Origin: Octopus bimaculoides | Lineage: Eukaryota | Assembly: GCF_001194135.2 (NCBI RefSeq) | Contig: NC_068982.1 | Span: 60,547,149 to 60,611,148 of the forward strand | Length of the DNA stretch: 64,000 nt | Reading direction: 5' to 3' | The notes under the pieces: generated by a model | Database searches by the model: none | What the model was told of the DNA's origin: nothing | Seen by the model: only the letters and a program-made list of their open reading frames with translations | Position numbers and translations under genes: made by a program | In this document: piece after piece, positions 12,642 through 26,933 of the stretch | How the letters are laid out: each line of letters begins with the position of its first letter | Numbering within the stretch: the stretch's first letter is position 1

Positions 12642-13477
12642 GAGAATGCAGTGAATAATTTGTCATCTAGATTACTCAAAAATGAAAATTATATCTCAAT
12701 TTAACAGATATATTTACCAAAATTACATAGAAATATCTTGAAATACTAAAGAGTAAATTTATTCAATAAAATTGCCATTGGCTTCAACCATGGCCTCCAG
12801 ACGACTTCGGAATCTCCTGCAACTCTTCTGGATGGTCTCCCTATTTCAGTTGGTCAGTGCTACCATTATCCTTGTCTTCAGTTCATCTTTGGTGTTACAA
12901 GGAGTTTTGTTGCACTCTCACTCGACTACGTTGCAGTCTGAAGAGTTAGGTGGCCAGATGTTAGGGGTGATGTGGTTGCAGAACTTATCTGACAGCCACG
13001 ACTGGGTTCTCCTGCTTGTGCAGCATGGTGCAGAGTGTTGTTGCCAGACATAGGGTCTTCCAGTAGCCACCCTCTTGACCCAGGGCAGTAATGACTCCTC
13101 CAGGCACTTGATGTGGGCCTCCTTGTTGAGTGTGAGGCCATATAAGAAGATGAATGGAGGCATAACGTCACCATCACTAGTGATCACTCCAAACACCATG
13201 ATGTTGACTGGATGTTTAATTTTTATCACTCTTGGTACATGTCCTCAGATTGACAACCAAACAATCTGAAATGTTCGTATTGGATCTCCCAGCACAAATG
13301 CTAAGCAGTACAGCATGTCATCTCCAAAATTCTGTTAGAGTTAATTGCATCTTGGTGCTGTTTTTCTCAAAAACAGTACCCAACTGACCCTACTATACTG
13401 TGTAGTTGACAAAATCAAAAACAAACAATGCACACGTGTGAAATCAAAATTTTGAAATGGCGACAACACGCACCCTG
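12642..13477 (-). mobile_element. Internally deleted Tc1/mariner DNA transposon, DD37D (maT/Bmmar1-like) type
   Basis: The transposase 5'-side terminus is ...gcaccctg|TA at 13477 (TA|CAGGGTGCG on the minus strand). A degenerate counterpart lies at about 12642 (TA|gagaatgcagtgaataatttgtc). Transposase relics lie between the two ends. Confidence 0.85.
12759..13350 (-). pseudogene. Decayed mariner-like transposase
   Basis: The N-terminus MQLTLTEFWR*HAVLLSICAGRSNTNISDCL (ATG at 13350) is joined by a deletion to ..KHPVNIMVFGVITSDGDVMPPFIF..PWVKRVATGRPYVWQQHSAPCCTSRRTQSWL..WPPNSSDCN, then ..TKDELKTRIMVALTN*NRETIQKSCRRFRSRLEAMVEANGNFIE*. The QQDSAP and WPPNSPDCNPLD motifs are recognisable but mutated, and in-frame stops are present. 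Confidence 0.88.
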
Positions 13478-14231
13478 TATATATTTATATGATGTTACAA
13501 AGATTTATACATTCAACTTATCATTATTTACTTTCTGTATTCAACTGCAGCCATAAAGTTGTTTGACAGAATACATCATCACCAATACTGATTTGATTCA
13601 TGTTCTTATTATATATCTCTATATGTGTATGTATATGTGCTGAATACACATGTGTGTGTGTGTGTGTTGGTGTGCACATGTGTATGTGTGCATACACATA
13701 TGTATCTGTACATGTGAGTGTATATATCTGTATATATGGATACATATACATCTACACACACACACAGAGTTCTGTGTACACACCCACACACATATATATA
13801 TATACATAAAAAAGGGTCAGTTATGCATACATGTATATTGTGTGGGTGTGTATATATATATATATATGTATATATACACACACACACACATATATACATA
13901 TATATACATAGAGAGAGAGACACACACACACTTAGGTACGCATATGTATCAATGTACATGTATGCATATACCTACATGAATTTTTGTGTGCACATACACA
14001 CATACATATATAGTATATATAAACAGACAGGTATGTATGTGCGTGTGATTTTTATATTTACTTTATACATATCAGATCAGGTGCAAACATATATATCCAC
14101 ATGCAATGTGGAATGTGCGTATCATATTTATATGCATGGTTATATGCATGTGATATGTATGAACATTTATCCATGTATGTATACATGTAGCCTCCATGTA
14201 TACACAAATGTCATTCCTCTCTTTCTCCCTC

Positions 14232-14289
<58 letters not shown>

Positions 14290-14697
14290 TATATGATCAT
14301 GTTTTGTGAATGTGCAAATACTTATTTTTAAGTATCACTTATTATCCAGTTAACATGAAATTGATGCACATGATGTATTTATATATGAAATTGTTTGTAT
14401 GTGTGTATCCTGTGAGTGATCAATTAGACACATAAAAGCCTAGAATTTATATGTCATTTAGACACTTATGACAGTGCTATGTGATGTTTTTATCATATGG
14501 CCATATTTTATTAAATGCATACACTGAAGAGCTGGTAATAATTTTCATGCTTATCATAGGCATCACACAGGGATTAATATTGCATATTCCTTTTGTTATG
14601 GGCATACATAATCAATGTTTAGTGATATTATTACATTTGGTTGTTCTGCACTTGTTTTCCTAATGTCCAAATAAGTACACTATCATACACACTCAGT

Positions 14698-14730
<33 letters not shown>

Positions 14731-15829
14731 ATGCACATACTTATATGTATTATGTTTGTATGTACTTGTTAATATCTAATTATATATGTTCATTATTTTC
14801 ACACTCACACAAAATATATAGATTTATACATCAACAGATATGTAGACACATACATATATGAGTATGAGTGTGTGTATACATTGTTCATATATGTGTATAT
14901 ATATTTCTTCATATAAGTGTGTGTATATATGTGTGTATATATATATGTGTATGTATATATACATATGTATATATGTGTATGGGTGTGTGTGTGTGTAAGT
15001 ATATTCATATATATGTATACACATGCACAAACAGTCACACACACACACACTCACACTTACATCCATAGTCTTTTTTGTTGTATTTCTGTTCCAAGCATAT
15101 TAGTGTGAATGACTATGCAAAATGTCCACATATTTTGTTAAGAATTACCTGCGTTCACCAAGTGATATATATACAAAAATGTGTCTTCTAAATTATTAGT
15201 ACTTCATGGAGTGTCCTAATATGGAAGCCTTCCCTACCCCAATTAACACATCTAGTCATCACTAATACATGTGTACAAATATTTGTATACATCTGCTGTG
15301 TATTTATTTTGAATACAGTGCATGTGTTTTCCTAAGCTTGCATATGTGTACAGTCACTTGTCTGTGCATATACATACAGCAGTACAGACACATTGCAAAC
15401 ATGTTGTAATATATATACATGTAGAATTGTATGAATATATGAATTAGTGATACAAACTTTTATACATTCTTAGAAATATGTTTACACACATGCATTTATA
15501 CAAGGGGGTGAAGAAAAGTTTTTAACTTAAGGGTATTGCAGAAGGCTTTCCAAATTCTTTTACAGGGCTTAAAAAAACCGAAGGACCACTGCAATAAGTG
15601 TGTGACTGCTGCAATGTGTGTGTGTGTGTGTGTGTATGTATCTATATCTATATCTATATGTATATATATATATGTATNNNNNNNNNNTATATACATATAC
15701 ATACACACACACATCTATACACACAGGTATCTGTGTGTATATATATGTGTGTATGTGTGTATATATATATATATACACACATACACACCTATACATACAG
15801 GCATGTGTGTGTGTGTTCAGTCCCACTGT

Positions 15830-16170
15830 ATGGCACCCTCTATTATCACCCCCACCCAACCGAGGCTTTGTAAATGGATTTGGGAAAAGAAAACTGAATG
15901 AAGCTCATCATGTATACTTGTAAATGTATACATGTGTGTATTTGTGTCTCCTTGTCTTGACATTGTATGATAGTTGTTAACTTGTGTCACAGTCATTGAG
16001 GTTTTGGGCCTAGTTTCCAGTTTTCTATGAAAATGCATCTCGTAATTGGGGAAACATTACCTTGCTTGAGAGGTGGCAACAGAAGGGTATCTGGTCATAG
16101 AAAATTTGTTTCCACAAATTATCTTTGACTCATACCAGCCTGAGAAAGAGGTCGTTAAAACAATGGTGAT
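15830..16170 (+). mobile_element. Decayed SINE-like retroposon
   Basis: Contains aggctttgtaaatggatttggg..aaaactgaatgaagc and the gtggcaacagaagggtatctggtcatagaaaat block, which is related to ttggcgttaggaagggcatccagctgtagaaa of the 22325 copy. It ends in aaaacaatggtgat. Confidence 0.55.
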
Positions 16171-16243
16171 ATATATGTATGTACATATATATTTATGTAT
16201 GTATCTATGTAGACATATATACACATATGTACATATGTGTGTG

Positions 16244-16276
<33 letters not shown>

Positions 16277-16326
16277 ACATGCGTGTATATATATATATAT
16301 ATTTATGNNNNNNNNNNNNNNNNNNN

Positions 16327-16373
<47 letters not shown>

Positions 16374-16907
16374 ATTTATATATATTTATGTATGTATTTA
16401 TGGAAACATGTTCATGTATATATATATATATAAACACATTACATCTATATCAGTGAGGCTGGTCTCCATATAGTTACTGAATATCTAAGAAATAACTACC
16501 AAACCTCCCTCAAACATGACCTTATTTTTTTAAGTAAATAAGGAACAAATCAACTACTACAGTTCTACATATTCTTACAAAGAATTGATGGTCATGGTTG
16601 GAACGTCTATGATCTAAAGACATGCCGGATATAATTCTTTCAATTGTTTGTATGAAGGTTTTGTTTGTGTGTGTATGAATGCTTGTTTGTGAACATGTGT
16701 GCATCTTCCATCTTCTACATGTTTTAGTCATTCCACTGTGGCCATGCTGGGGCTCTGCCTTCAAGGGTTTTAGTTGAACAAATCAACCACAGTTCTTATT
16801 TTTTAAGTCTGATATTTATTCAATGGGTTTCTTTTGCTGAACTTAAGTTAAAAGGATGTAAACAAACCAGTACTGGTGAAAGACAAACATACATACACAT
16901 AGATGTA

Positions 16908-16985
<78 letters not shown>

Positions 16986-19860
16986 GAGAGAGTGAGATAG
17001 ATATCTAGATAGATAGATAGATCCATTTACAAGACTTTGGTTGACTCAGTGCTATACTAGAAGACACCATGAAGTGGGACTGAACCTGGTACTTGTGGTT
17101 GGGAATCAAACTTCTTTCCACACAGTCATGCCTGCACTGATGTGTGCATACTTACATTATATGTAACTGTGCATATACAATTATACATGCACATAAAATG
17201 CATGCTGATATGCATTGTGTCCTTTTTTACATAACTTTTACAAAGTTTCTTTATATAGTATTATTTAGGGAAGAGTCATTTTATGACTGATTATTTGAAA
17301 TGTAGCATGAGAATGACAGAGGTGATAAAATTCTGATTTCATTCTTCATCTTGTTGAAACATTGATTAATATTTTACTGCTGGAGACAGTTAGTGCTACA
17401 CTTTATAATATTTCACTTCTTAGTTTAGGCTTCATATCACTTTGCATCCTACTCACAATATCAATTCACTGATATTGATTTGTTGTTATTGTTACCTGAT
17501 AGATGTAATTATAGACTTTTTGACCTAACCTAATGTAAATCCCTTAGACAGCTGACTTCCATTGGCCTGATACAGTTAGCTCCTCACTTGCATAACTATT
17601 AAGATATGGATTCACTTGAGCTATTTAGCTGTTTCATTATCTTCTTTTATGTTTTTATTTTACCAGCTTGACTCATTTGTTTGACCCCTTGCGTTGACCA
17701 CTTTCTTATATTGTCTTCATGTTATGCCTGCTCCCATTTCTCTTGCTTTATCATTATGTTGTTACATCTTCATTTGCTATTAATTTCCTTAGCATTATTT
17801 AATTAGTTACTTGTTTATTTATTCATCTGTATGTCTCTTACAAAGTGAAAGGAAATGCTAGGTGTTGTTTCAAAAAGGAAAATAGTTGTAGTAGTTATAG
17901 CTTCCAGAAAAGCTTGATGCAGGGAATGATTTTTTTTTTCTCTTTCTTCATTATCTATCTATTATTTTTCTATTTCATTTTTCTTTTAGCTTTTGTTTCT
18001 GGCAAATTTTCAGGAGTTGCTGATGACCTTCTGTACCAAATGATGTCATTGACATACTTGTATATTTTTATTGTATTCTTAGGTTTTTTATTCATAAGAG
18101 TTTGTCTGAAGTGCACATGTGTATGTGTGTGTGTATGTGTGTTATCATAACTTCATATTCAGAAATCGTTTATAAACTTGTACCATTGTGATGATGATTG
18201 ATAGCAACCAAGCTAATGCACACATCAACACTCAGTCAACATTATCTAAACTACCTCAATATACTTTTGACTATATAACATGATACATTTGGTACATTTC
18301 TTCACTTGTGTTATTAAATCAACTTCTGTAACTTTCCAAAGAATTACTTTTTCAATCAAAATATTAAAAAATTTCAGCAAGTCCTCTATACCTATAGATT
18401 ATACTTACAAAAAGCTTATAATGTCTTTTGTATTGTCTCTATAAGCTTAACATATAAATTTATTTATTCTAATCAAAGATATACTCCTGAAATTGGTCAT
18501 GAAATTTTTTTTAGTATGTAATTAGCATTTGTGTTTTAAAGAATACTTTAATGAAGTAACGTTGATTTAATTAAAATGAATATTTGATCAACTGCTTAAA
18601 AATTTCTTAATGCATGGTTAAAGAGTTGAAATCATAGCTTATTTTCACAAGGACTGTAAAATAATGACTTTTTTTTTATCATATGTTAGTTATAGTATTA
18701 CTAAAATGCTAACAGTTTTAATATAAAAATTATAAAGCAAATATTTTAGGATTAAGGGTCTTAAATTGTTATTGACTACATCCTGTAAGCCATAAATATC
18801 ATGATATTGGATTAACTGTGGATTGCATGATTGACATAGTGGACCATTCTGGGTTAGCTATCTACAAATGGGTTGATATTGTTCAGTTAGGTAGCAATAA
18901 AGATTTAGGATTTATAACCCTGGAACTCATCATGTTGTAGAAGATGACACAAAAAATTTTCAACAAATTATATTATTTAAGTGTTTAATTAACTGAATCG
19001 TTAATTTCATTGTTTGTTGATAATTTCTAAGTTTGTTTTTAGTTAATTTGTCTGCTTAAATTTTAAAATACATTTCACTATAGATATGTGTGTGTATACA
19101 ACTATATGCATATATATATATATATATATATGTATATATGCATATATATATTTGTGTGTGTGTGTGTGTATATTCATATGTATATATGGATATATATATA
19201 TATATTATGTATACATATGTGTGTTCATACATGTATACATGTATATATATAAATATGTTTATATATGTATGTATATATATATGTATGTATATATATGCAT
19301 AAATATATATATAGAGGCATGTCTGTATATATATATATATATGTATGTATGTATGCATTCGTATATATGCATGTGTGTGTATTTGATTCTTCATTTTATA
19401 TCTATTTTACCATGCTAGCATGGGTTAGGTTAATACTAATTATCAAGGCATTGTTTGTACAGCTTGATACCATCCTTGCCACTAGCCCATATCCATTTTC
19501 CAAGTGGTGGGGTTTAAATTTCACATACCTTTCAAAGTGCAGATGTAGTGAATAATTTGTTGACAGGAAAATGTCGCTGTCTGTAGACTGACGTTTTTTT
19601 GCATGCATGCGCTGAGTGTAAACATTCACACAGACTCTGTGTATATTCAGACGCAAAAACATACACAGACATATATTTGTGTGTGTATTTGTGCATGTGT
19701 ATAAACAAATATGTGTACATGAATGTGTAAATTCATGCGTACATATATGTGTATGTTTATACATATATATATAAACATTACATATATTGCTATGCACCAC
19801 TGTCTGTCTGTCTCTCTCTCTACATATATATGTATATGTGTGTGTATATGTATATATATT

Positions 19861-19946
<86 letters not shown>

Positions 19947-20125
19947 AAATAATTACAGTATATATATACATGTGTGTGTGTGTGTTGTGTGTGCGTGTGT
20001 GCGTTGTGTGTGTGTGGGTGTGTAAGTGTATCTATCTGTTTATATACCTGGCTCTCTATCAATATTTTATATCTTTCCCTCTGATAATTCATTCAGCCAT
20101 ACATTCATCTGTTATGTGTGTGTGG

Positions 20126-20168
<43 letters not shown>

Positions 20169-21432
20169 TACACACACACCACACACACACATATATATGC
20201 ATGTAAAATGTCTGTTTGACTATCTGCATATCTATTTATATATCATGCAGTTTCGTGCGTATATCTCTTCATCTATTCACCTGTCTGTGTATGAAGCTTT
20301 AAATATGCCTGTCTGTTTGTCTGATCACTCTCTCTATTGTATAAGTGTCTGTTGGTATAAATATTTCTATTTTTTCTGTCTACCTACATATTTATCCACT
20401 GCCTGTCTAATTATATGTGTGTGTGTGTGTGTGCATGTTTATTGCACATTTGTGTGTGCATCTGTGCATGTATGTCTGTCTTTTACTCACCTCTTCTTTC
20501 TCTTATATTGTATGTGTGTGTGAGAGAGAGAGGGTGTGTTTGTATAATTGTATGTATGTTTCTAAATTTACTGCATGATGCTTGTGAATGTATCTATGCA
20601 TCAGTAAAACATTCGTGTGTGTATGAATAATTTATCAGTTTCACTTTCCAACTACAAGACTAGCCCCTTGGTGGGAAATTTTACTGTAAACTACTTTCAA
20701 TATAAACGGTATATTTTGTAACAATTATCAAATCCAAGTAATATAAAACCATTGTGTTTGCGTCAAGTATATTCACATACCTGTGTTTATGTGTGGGTGT
20801 ATTTGAGTTTGTTTTCCTATAAGCCTACATGTGCACATGCTTTCTGCAATTTTTAAAAAATTAATTTCATTAAATTTATTTCATATCCTATTCTTTTGTT
20901 TCACTGTCTTTCGTCTTCCTTAATTTTCAAATTTGATTTCTCATTAAAAATCAAAGCGCTAAAAACCTATAATCTCTTTAAATATTCGCCCCCCCGCCCC
21001 CACCAGTCACATCCTATTTCCAGTTACCTATCTTTCCAAGTCTCTCTGCTACCCCTTCCCACGCTCTTCTACATCCCCTTCCCGTATATATACATACCTC
21101 TTCTTCGCTGTTTTCCTTCATTTCAAACTCTTCCTCTTCACCACACTTTATATTTGTTTATTCATTTATATATACATACATACACACACACACACATATG
21201 TATATATATATCTATCTATCTATACATATATATATANNNNNNNNNNNNNNNNNNNNNNNNNNNNNNNNNNNNNNNNNNNNNNNNNNNNNNNNNNNNNNNN
21301 NNNNNNNNNNNNNNNNNNNNNNNNNNNNNNNNNNNNNNNNNNNNNNNNNNNNNNNNNNNNNNNNNNNNNNNNNNNNNNNNNNNNNNNNNNNNNNNNNNNN
21401 NNNNNNNNNNNNNNNNNNNNNNNNNNNNNNNN

Positions 21433-21479
<47 letters not shown>

Positions 21480-21994
21480 GTAGTTGTATGTATTTGTTTT
21501 TCTTGTTTTCTTCTTCATATAGTATCTGTAAAAGCCACAACAAAATCAATTACTCACAATTAGGAAAACTGATCTCTGCTTATATCCCATACTTGACCTT
21601 TTTTGTGTGTATGTCAGATAAATACACCAAGTCTTCCTTCACTGGCTAGTAGGCTGGTCTGGTCAGGCAGACTAGCAGACATTTATTGATAACTAATAAT
21701 CGCAGTGTATTCTTTCTTTTATTTGCTTTTCTTCCATCTTTCTATACTTCTCTTCTTCACTTCTCAATTTTCCTCCCCTCACTTTCTCTTCATCAATGTA
21801 CATTCATCTGCACACAGACATACTTGCACATGCACACATTTCTTTCCTTTTGCTTGGCTAATGTTGAAACTTGTTCTGATTTACAATGTGCCTTTATAAA
21901 ACTCTATCATTTATAACTTAATTCTCATAAATGCATTTCTCTATGTTAGTGTGTGTGTGTGGAGAGAGAGAGAGAGAGAGAGAGAGATACATAA

Positions 21995-22050
<56 letters not shown>

Positions 22051-22324
22051 GCACACGTACACTCACACATATGTGTTTGCATTTATATAATGTTTGTATG
22101 TATATACATGTATTTGTGTGTTCACTTGTGCATTTGACACTACTTCACCAGTAAATACAAGAGTGGTGTTAACTCAAGCTGGTACCTAGCTGATCAGTAA
22201 AATATACAATGTTTAAAATAAGTATCTGACTGAAATAAGTAAAAAGCATGTGTGTGTATGCGTGTGTGTATACATGTGTGTATATAAATATGTATTTCTT
22301 TTATATGATATATATAGGATTTTC

Positions 22325-22620
22325 GAGCGAGATCGTTGCCAGTGCCGCTGGACTGGCTCTTGTGCGGGTGGCACATAAAAGACACCATTTTGAGCGTGGC
22401 CGTTGCCAGTACTACCTGACTGGCCCTCGTGCAGGTGACACGTAAAACCACCCACTACACTCTCGGAATGGTTGGCGTTAGGAAGGGCATCCAGCTGTAG
22501 AAACTCTGCCAAATTAGATTGGAGCCTGGTGTTGCCATCCAGTTTCACCAGTCCTCAGTCAAATCGTCCAACCCATGCCAGCATGGAAAGCGGACGTTAG
22601 ACGATGATGATGATGATGAT
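22325..22620 (+). mobile_element. Young-looking 5'-truncated SINE/RTE-tail retroposon with (GAT)n tail
   Basis: GC- and CpG-rich, with two internal ~62-bp direct repeats (22325-22386 and 22392-22453). Ends caacccatgccagcatggaaagcggacgttagac(gat)6. Reverse fragments of the same family occur at about 4230-4280, 22720-22771 and 45790-45892. Confidence 0.8.
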
Positions 22621-22719
22621 ATAATAAAAATATATTAATACATATATATAAATAGATAGTTATAAATATATACACACACATATGTATATGTATATACATA
22701 TATATGTATATATAGATAT

Positions 22720-22771
22720 ATCATCATCATCATCATAATTTAATGTCTGACTTTCGTGCTGGCATGGGTTG
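22720..22771 (-). mobile_element. 3' tail fragment of the same retroposon family, opposite orientation
   Basis: (atc)n-ataatttaatgtctgactttcgtgctggcatgggttg is the imperfect reverse complement of 22569-22620. Confidence 0.7.
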
Positions 22772-23365
22772 TATATATATATATATATATATATATATTG
22801 CAATAAAGTGAGTTGGAAGAGTAGAGCAAAATTGTAAGCAGTCAGCTGAGCAGATATCGTCAGTGCTTGACATGAATGGTAAAAAGAAGGAAGGGCTGCA
22901 AATCAACAAGAAACAAGAAATAAAGAAGTTATATTTCAGATAAAATGGAATAACTGAAAGAAGACAAATTGGAATACTAGAAGAAAATGAAGCAAGGCTT
23001 GAAGCTGTAAGATTAAGAATTACTGAAAGGAGATAGAAATGAACCTTGTCACTTTCAAGGGGTACTACACTAGAATATACATACTTATGTATAACTATCT
23101 GTATCATCTGTGTGTGTAAAATGTGTTCATTTCTCTCAGGCTTTAAGTGTGGCTTTACTCTGCAAGTCTGAAGATTGCTCACTTTAGTGGTTGGAAGCTT
23201 AAGAGTCAGTAATGCCAACCATAGAAGAATGAAGCTTTAAAGATGGACCCTGCGAAGTCTGATTTTCAATTTAATAATTATGTGAATGATACATTTGAAT
23301 TTAGAACCTTTTGTGCACCTCAAATTCAAGATGTGCTTCTTTCAATATTGCTGTTTTGTGAAATC

Positions 23366-23600
23366 TCAAATAAATTTGTATTCCTTCAAAACACCATGTA
23401 AAATACCATGTTGTCCATGAAAGGAGCTCATTGACTGCCATTTCCTAATAATGAACTGTTGGAAAGACATCACTGATTTGTAAACTCTCAGGCTCCATAA
23501 TGGAACTCTCTTCCATATGCTTATCCTTGAGTTAATTGTACCTAGATACATCAGAATTTTCTTTGATTATCTCCAGACACTGCCAACAACAACCTACAGA
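23366..23600 (-). mobile_element. Highly decayed LINE (RTE-like) fragment
   Basis: The translation ..MYLGTINSRISIWKRVPLWSLRVYKSVM loosely matches the post-RT YLG..RI..IWK..LRVYKSVV motif of RTE-type ORFs. Confidence 0.3.
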
Positions 23601-25257
23601 GAACAGAAGCAAAATTTAAAAGAAACATTAAAACAGAATCAACAATATGCATTAACACTTTAATGGATTTCTATAGAGCAACAACCTAAGTTCTAATCTT
23701 TACTCTTTTAGTGGTCCCATAACTCTGCATACAAACATTGTCCATCCATCCAACTGTCCATTTATATATATATATATATATATATATTAGTGAGAGGAGC
23801 ACCTACACATACATACACACACATACACACATATATGTATATTTTCAGATGTAATTAAGCACATATACAACATGTAAGTTTTCTTTCAGAGGCAAGCATA
23901 AATACTATTCATGGCACTTATATTTTAATGTTAGAAACCATTTCTGCTTTTCCCCTTGCCATCCTAATCATTGTGCTTCTTGCATACTCTGTATATGTGT
24001 GCACATGTTATTATTATTTAGATTATCAGTTGCAAATCTTATATAATTCTCTCAGTCATAAATATTGGCTTTGTTCACAAATCTCACCAGCTCTCTCTCT
24101 CTCCTTCACACACACATTTAGTTGTCTTTTTTTTTTGTTTTGTTGTTAGTACATTATATTTATATTGTCCTGATTAAATATCTACATCTTCCAACATCCA
24201 TCAAAATTATGATCGCTAATTCCTGTTGTTATGTCAGTTATGTTTTATCATCATATTCTTCTCCAGTATTGCTTCTGTGACTGTAACTTTTACACAACAT
24301 GAAAATTTGACTCTGAGCTGTGAACTTTTGATCAGTTAATTAAAGATTGTTTTGCTTTGGTATTAAGTTGTGTTTTGGAAAATTGTAATCTTCATTAGTT
24401 TCATTGAAGTGAATATGGAATGCAAATCAGAAGGAAATGGTTTTCTTGTCAATATGGCAGAATTGATTGTGCAAATAAGTGATGAGACCAAGAATGACAG
24501 TTAATTTTAAGAAAGCTTTGAATGTGAATGGTTATTAATTTTTGGTGTTGTTTCATTGGTTTTTATAGTTGTTTTTTGTGGGATTTTTTTTCTAGTTGGA
24601 AACTTAAAGCTAAAAGAAACTTTATTGATTTTTAACTGATAAAATCTGTGTCATTGGGAAAGAGACAAATGTATTATTATTCACAAGCTGTTTCATAATA
24701 ATTATGCAACATCATATAAATAAGACTAACACAACTAGACTTAAGTATGTGCATATTAGCAAGCAAGCATTTGAGTTTCTGTATATGACTAAGAGAGAAA
24801 GAGAAAGAAAGAGAGAATGAGAGAAAGAAAGAGAGAAAGAGTGAGAAAGAGTGAGAAAGAGTAAATCAATCAATAAAAATATACATATAACTTTCTGCAT
24901 TCAAGATGGAAAACAAGTAAATAGATTTTCTTTTTTTACAAAAAGTTACTGACCTGAGAAAAAAAAAATGTTGTATAAGCTAGTTAATTTGTATGTCTGT
25001 TACTAACTGGATGCACTTAAATATGTAAAAATAAATAGCTGATCATATTTCTTCAGTAAAAAATTTTTTAGTGCATTCATTCAAGTAAATTTCTAACTTT
25101 TGTTAGGAATTTATTTTGAATTTAAAAAGGAGAAAATGGTACACATTTGAGGTAGGTTGAAAATAAAATGAAATTAATATGTAAATATATAAAAAAAAAA
25201 GATTCAGAAACTTTTTTTCTAAAAGTATTGAATGAATTAATAAGTATTTTCACTACA

Positions 25258-25317
25258 ATGGCATTTGCTCAAACTAAATTCTGTAGGCTCGTTTTCTCTA
25301 GGCCCCTTTCCTTTCAA
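25258..25317 (+). CDS. Candidate first coding exon, MAFAQTKFCRLVFSRPLSFQ (unverified)
   Basis: ATG in acaATGg context, 20 open codons, and a phase-0 donor CAA|GTAAGT at 25318. An upstream acceptor-like ctttttttctaaaag lies at about 25224. No homology was recognised. Confidence 0.25.
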
Positions 25318-25834
25318 GTAAGTATCTAAATGCTCTTTTGCTCACATACATACATGCAAAACACATGTACTGTTTATAGGTTATTGAATTATTGTTTTGG
25401 AAAATCTTTAAAGTTATTATTTAATTACTTATTTATATAGTCATTCAAGAAACAGATTTTACACCTGTTTCACAAGAAAAATAACTCAAGTGGAAACAGA
25501 TAGGATATACAGAAAAAAATGTGTATATGTGTATATATTATGCACGTACACAAACACATATACACATATTAGCAAGGACAAAAATGAAATAACCCTATAG
25601 CATGTACACACACACACATGAACATCTCTCTTCTATCAGCTACGTATGTGTTCTGCTCATTGTTTGACTATATTTAGAGATCCAGTATCTCTTTCTAAGC
25701 TGTGTATTTTAGTTATTCTTATTTGATTTTTGGACTGAACTTCTTAGTAGCTTTAATATACCTTTTTCTCCCCTCTCTCCTTCTTCTCATATGTACACAC
25801 ACACACACATGTATGTACACACACTTGTGTGTAA

Positions 25835-25890
<56 letters not shown>

Positions 25891-25944
25891 TAGACACACA
25901 CACATGTATGCGTGTGTTTGTGTGATATGTATATATCTATATAA

Positions 25945-25983
<39 letters not shown>

Positions 25984-26089
25984 GCTTATATCTATGTAAA
26001 TGTGTGTGTGTGTGTACAGGTATGTGTACCCAATACACAGAGTATGCATTTGAATTGATTTAATACATTAGCACAAAGAATTTGCTTTA

Positions 26090-26272
26090 TGCTTTTTGCT
26101 TGTTTTGATTTCATTGTGAGATTGATTTCATTAATAACTTTTAATCGAGGTCTACAGATGAAGGAGCAAAGCTGATCTGAGTAAGATTTGAACTCAGAGC
26201 ATAGAGATTCAAAACAAATACCACAGATTATTGTATCTGATAGTGTAACCACTATGCTAAATTGACACTTAA
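26090..26272 (-). mobile_element. tRNA-derived SINE (ctgagttcaaat family), reverse
   Basis: gatttgaactcagag is the reverse complement of the ctgagttcaaat B-box shared with 62422-62633. Confidence 0.55.
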
Positions 26273-26311
26273 ACATAAGTATATCTATGTATGCTTGTAT
26301 GTATATGCATC

Positions 26312-26387
<76 letters not shown>

Positions 26388-26565
26388 GTGTACATATAGA
26401 TAGATAAATTTATAGATAGATAGATAGATACATAGATAGATAGATATTATTCTTTGTCATCAGGTAAAGATTTCAGTATTTTATTATACTTACACTATTT
26501 CATTATACATATATTTATGTCTATAAAATATACATATACATCCATAACATATATGTATTTTTAAT

Positions 26566-26602
<37 letters not shown>

Positions 26603-26898
26603 TAGTACTTATGTATTGTGTTTTGTCTAAGCTTTAAACACATATACGTACTTTCATGATAAATTGTTAAGACAAATACAAATATAGAATAATAGTTCTT
26701 TTTTATTATTCAAGTAGCTTTCAACATTTTGCTAAATGTACACTGTTTTATGACACATATATCATACAAAAATATATATATATTTTTTTTTGTATCATAT
26801 ATATGTGTGTATATACATATACCCATACAGACACCCAAACATGCACACACATACGCACACATGCACATGAACACACACGCACACACACACACACATAT

Positions 26899-26933
<35 letters not shown>

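Noticed and set aside
18780-18945. ~55-codon open frame LHPVSHKYHDIGLTVDCMID...
   Set aside because: No start codon context, weak splice sites and no recognisable homology.
24220-24340. Frame ending VTVTFTQHENLTLSCELLIS*, reminiscent of an Ig-domain start
   Set aside because: It stops immediately after the Cys, with no credible donor and no ATG; likely chance.
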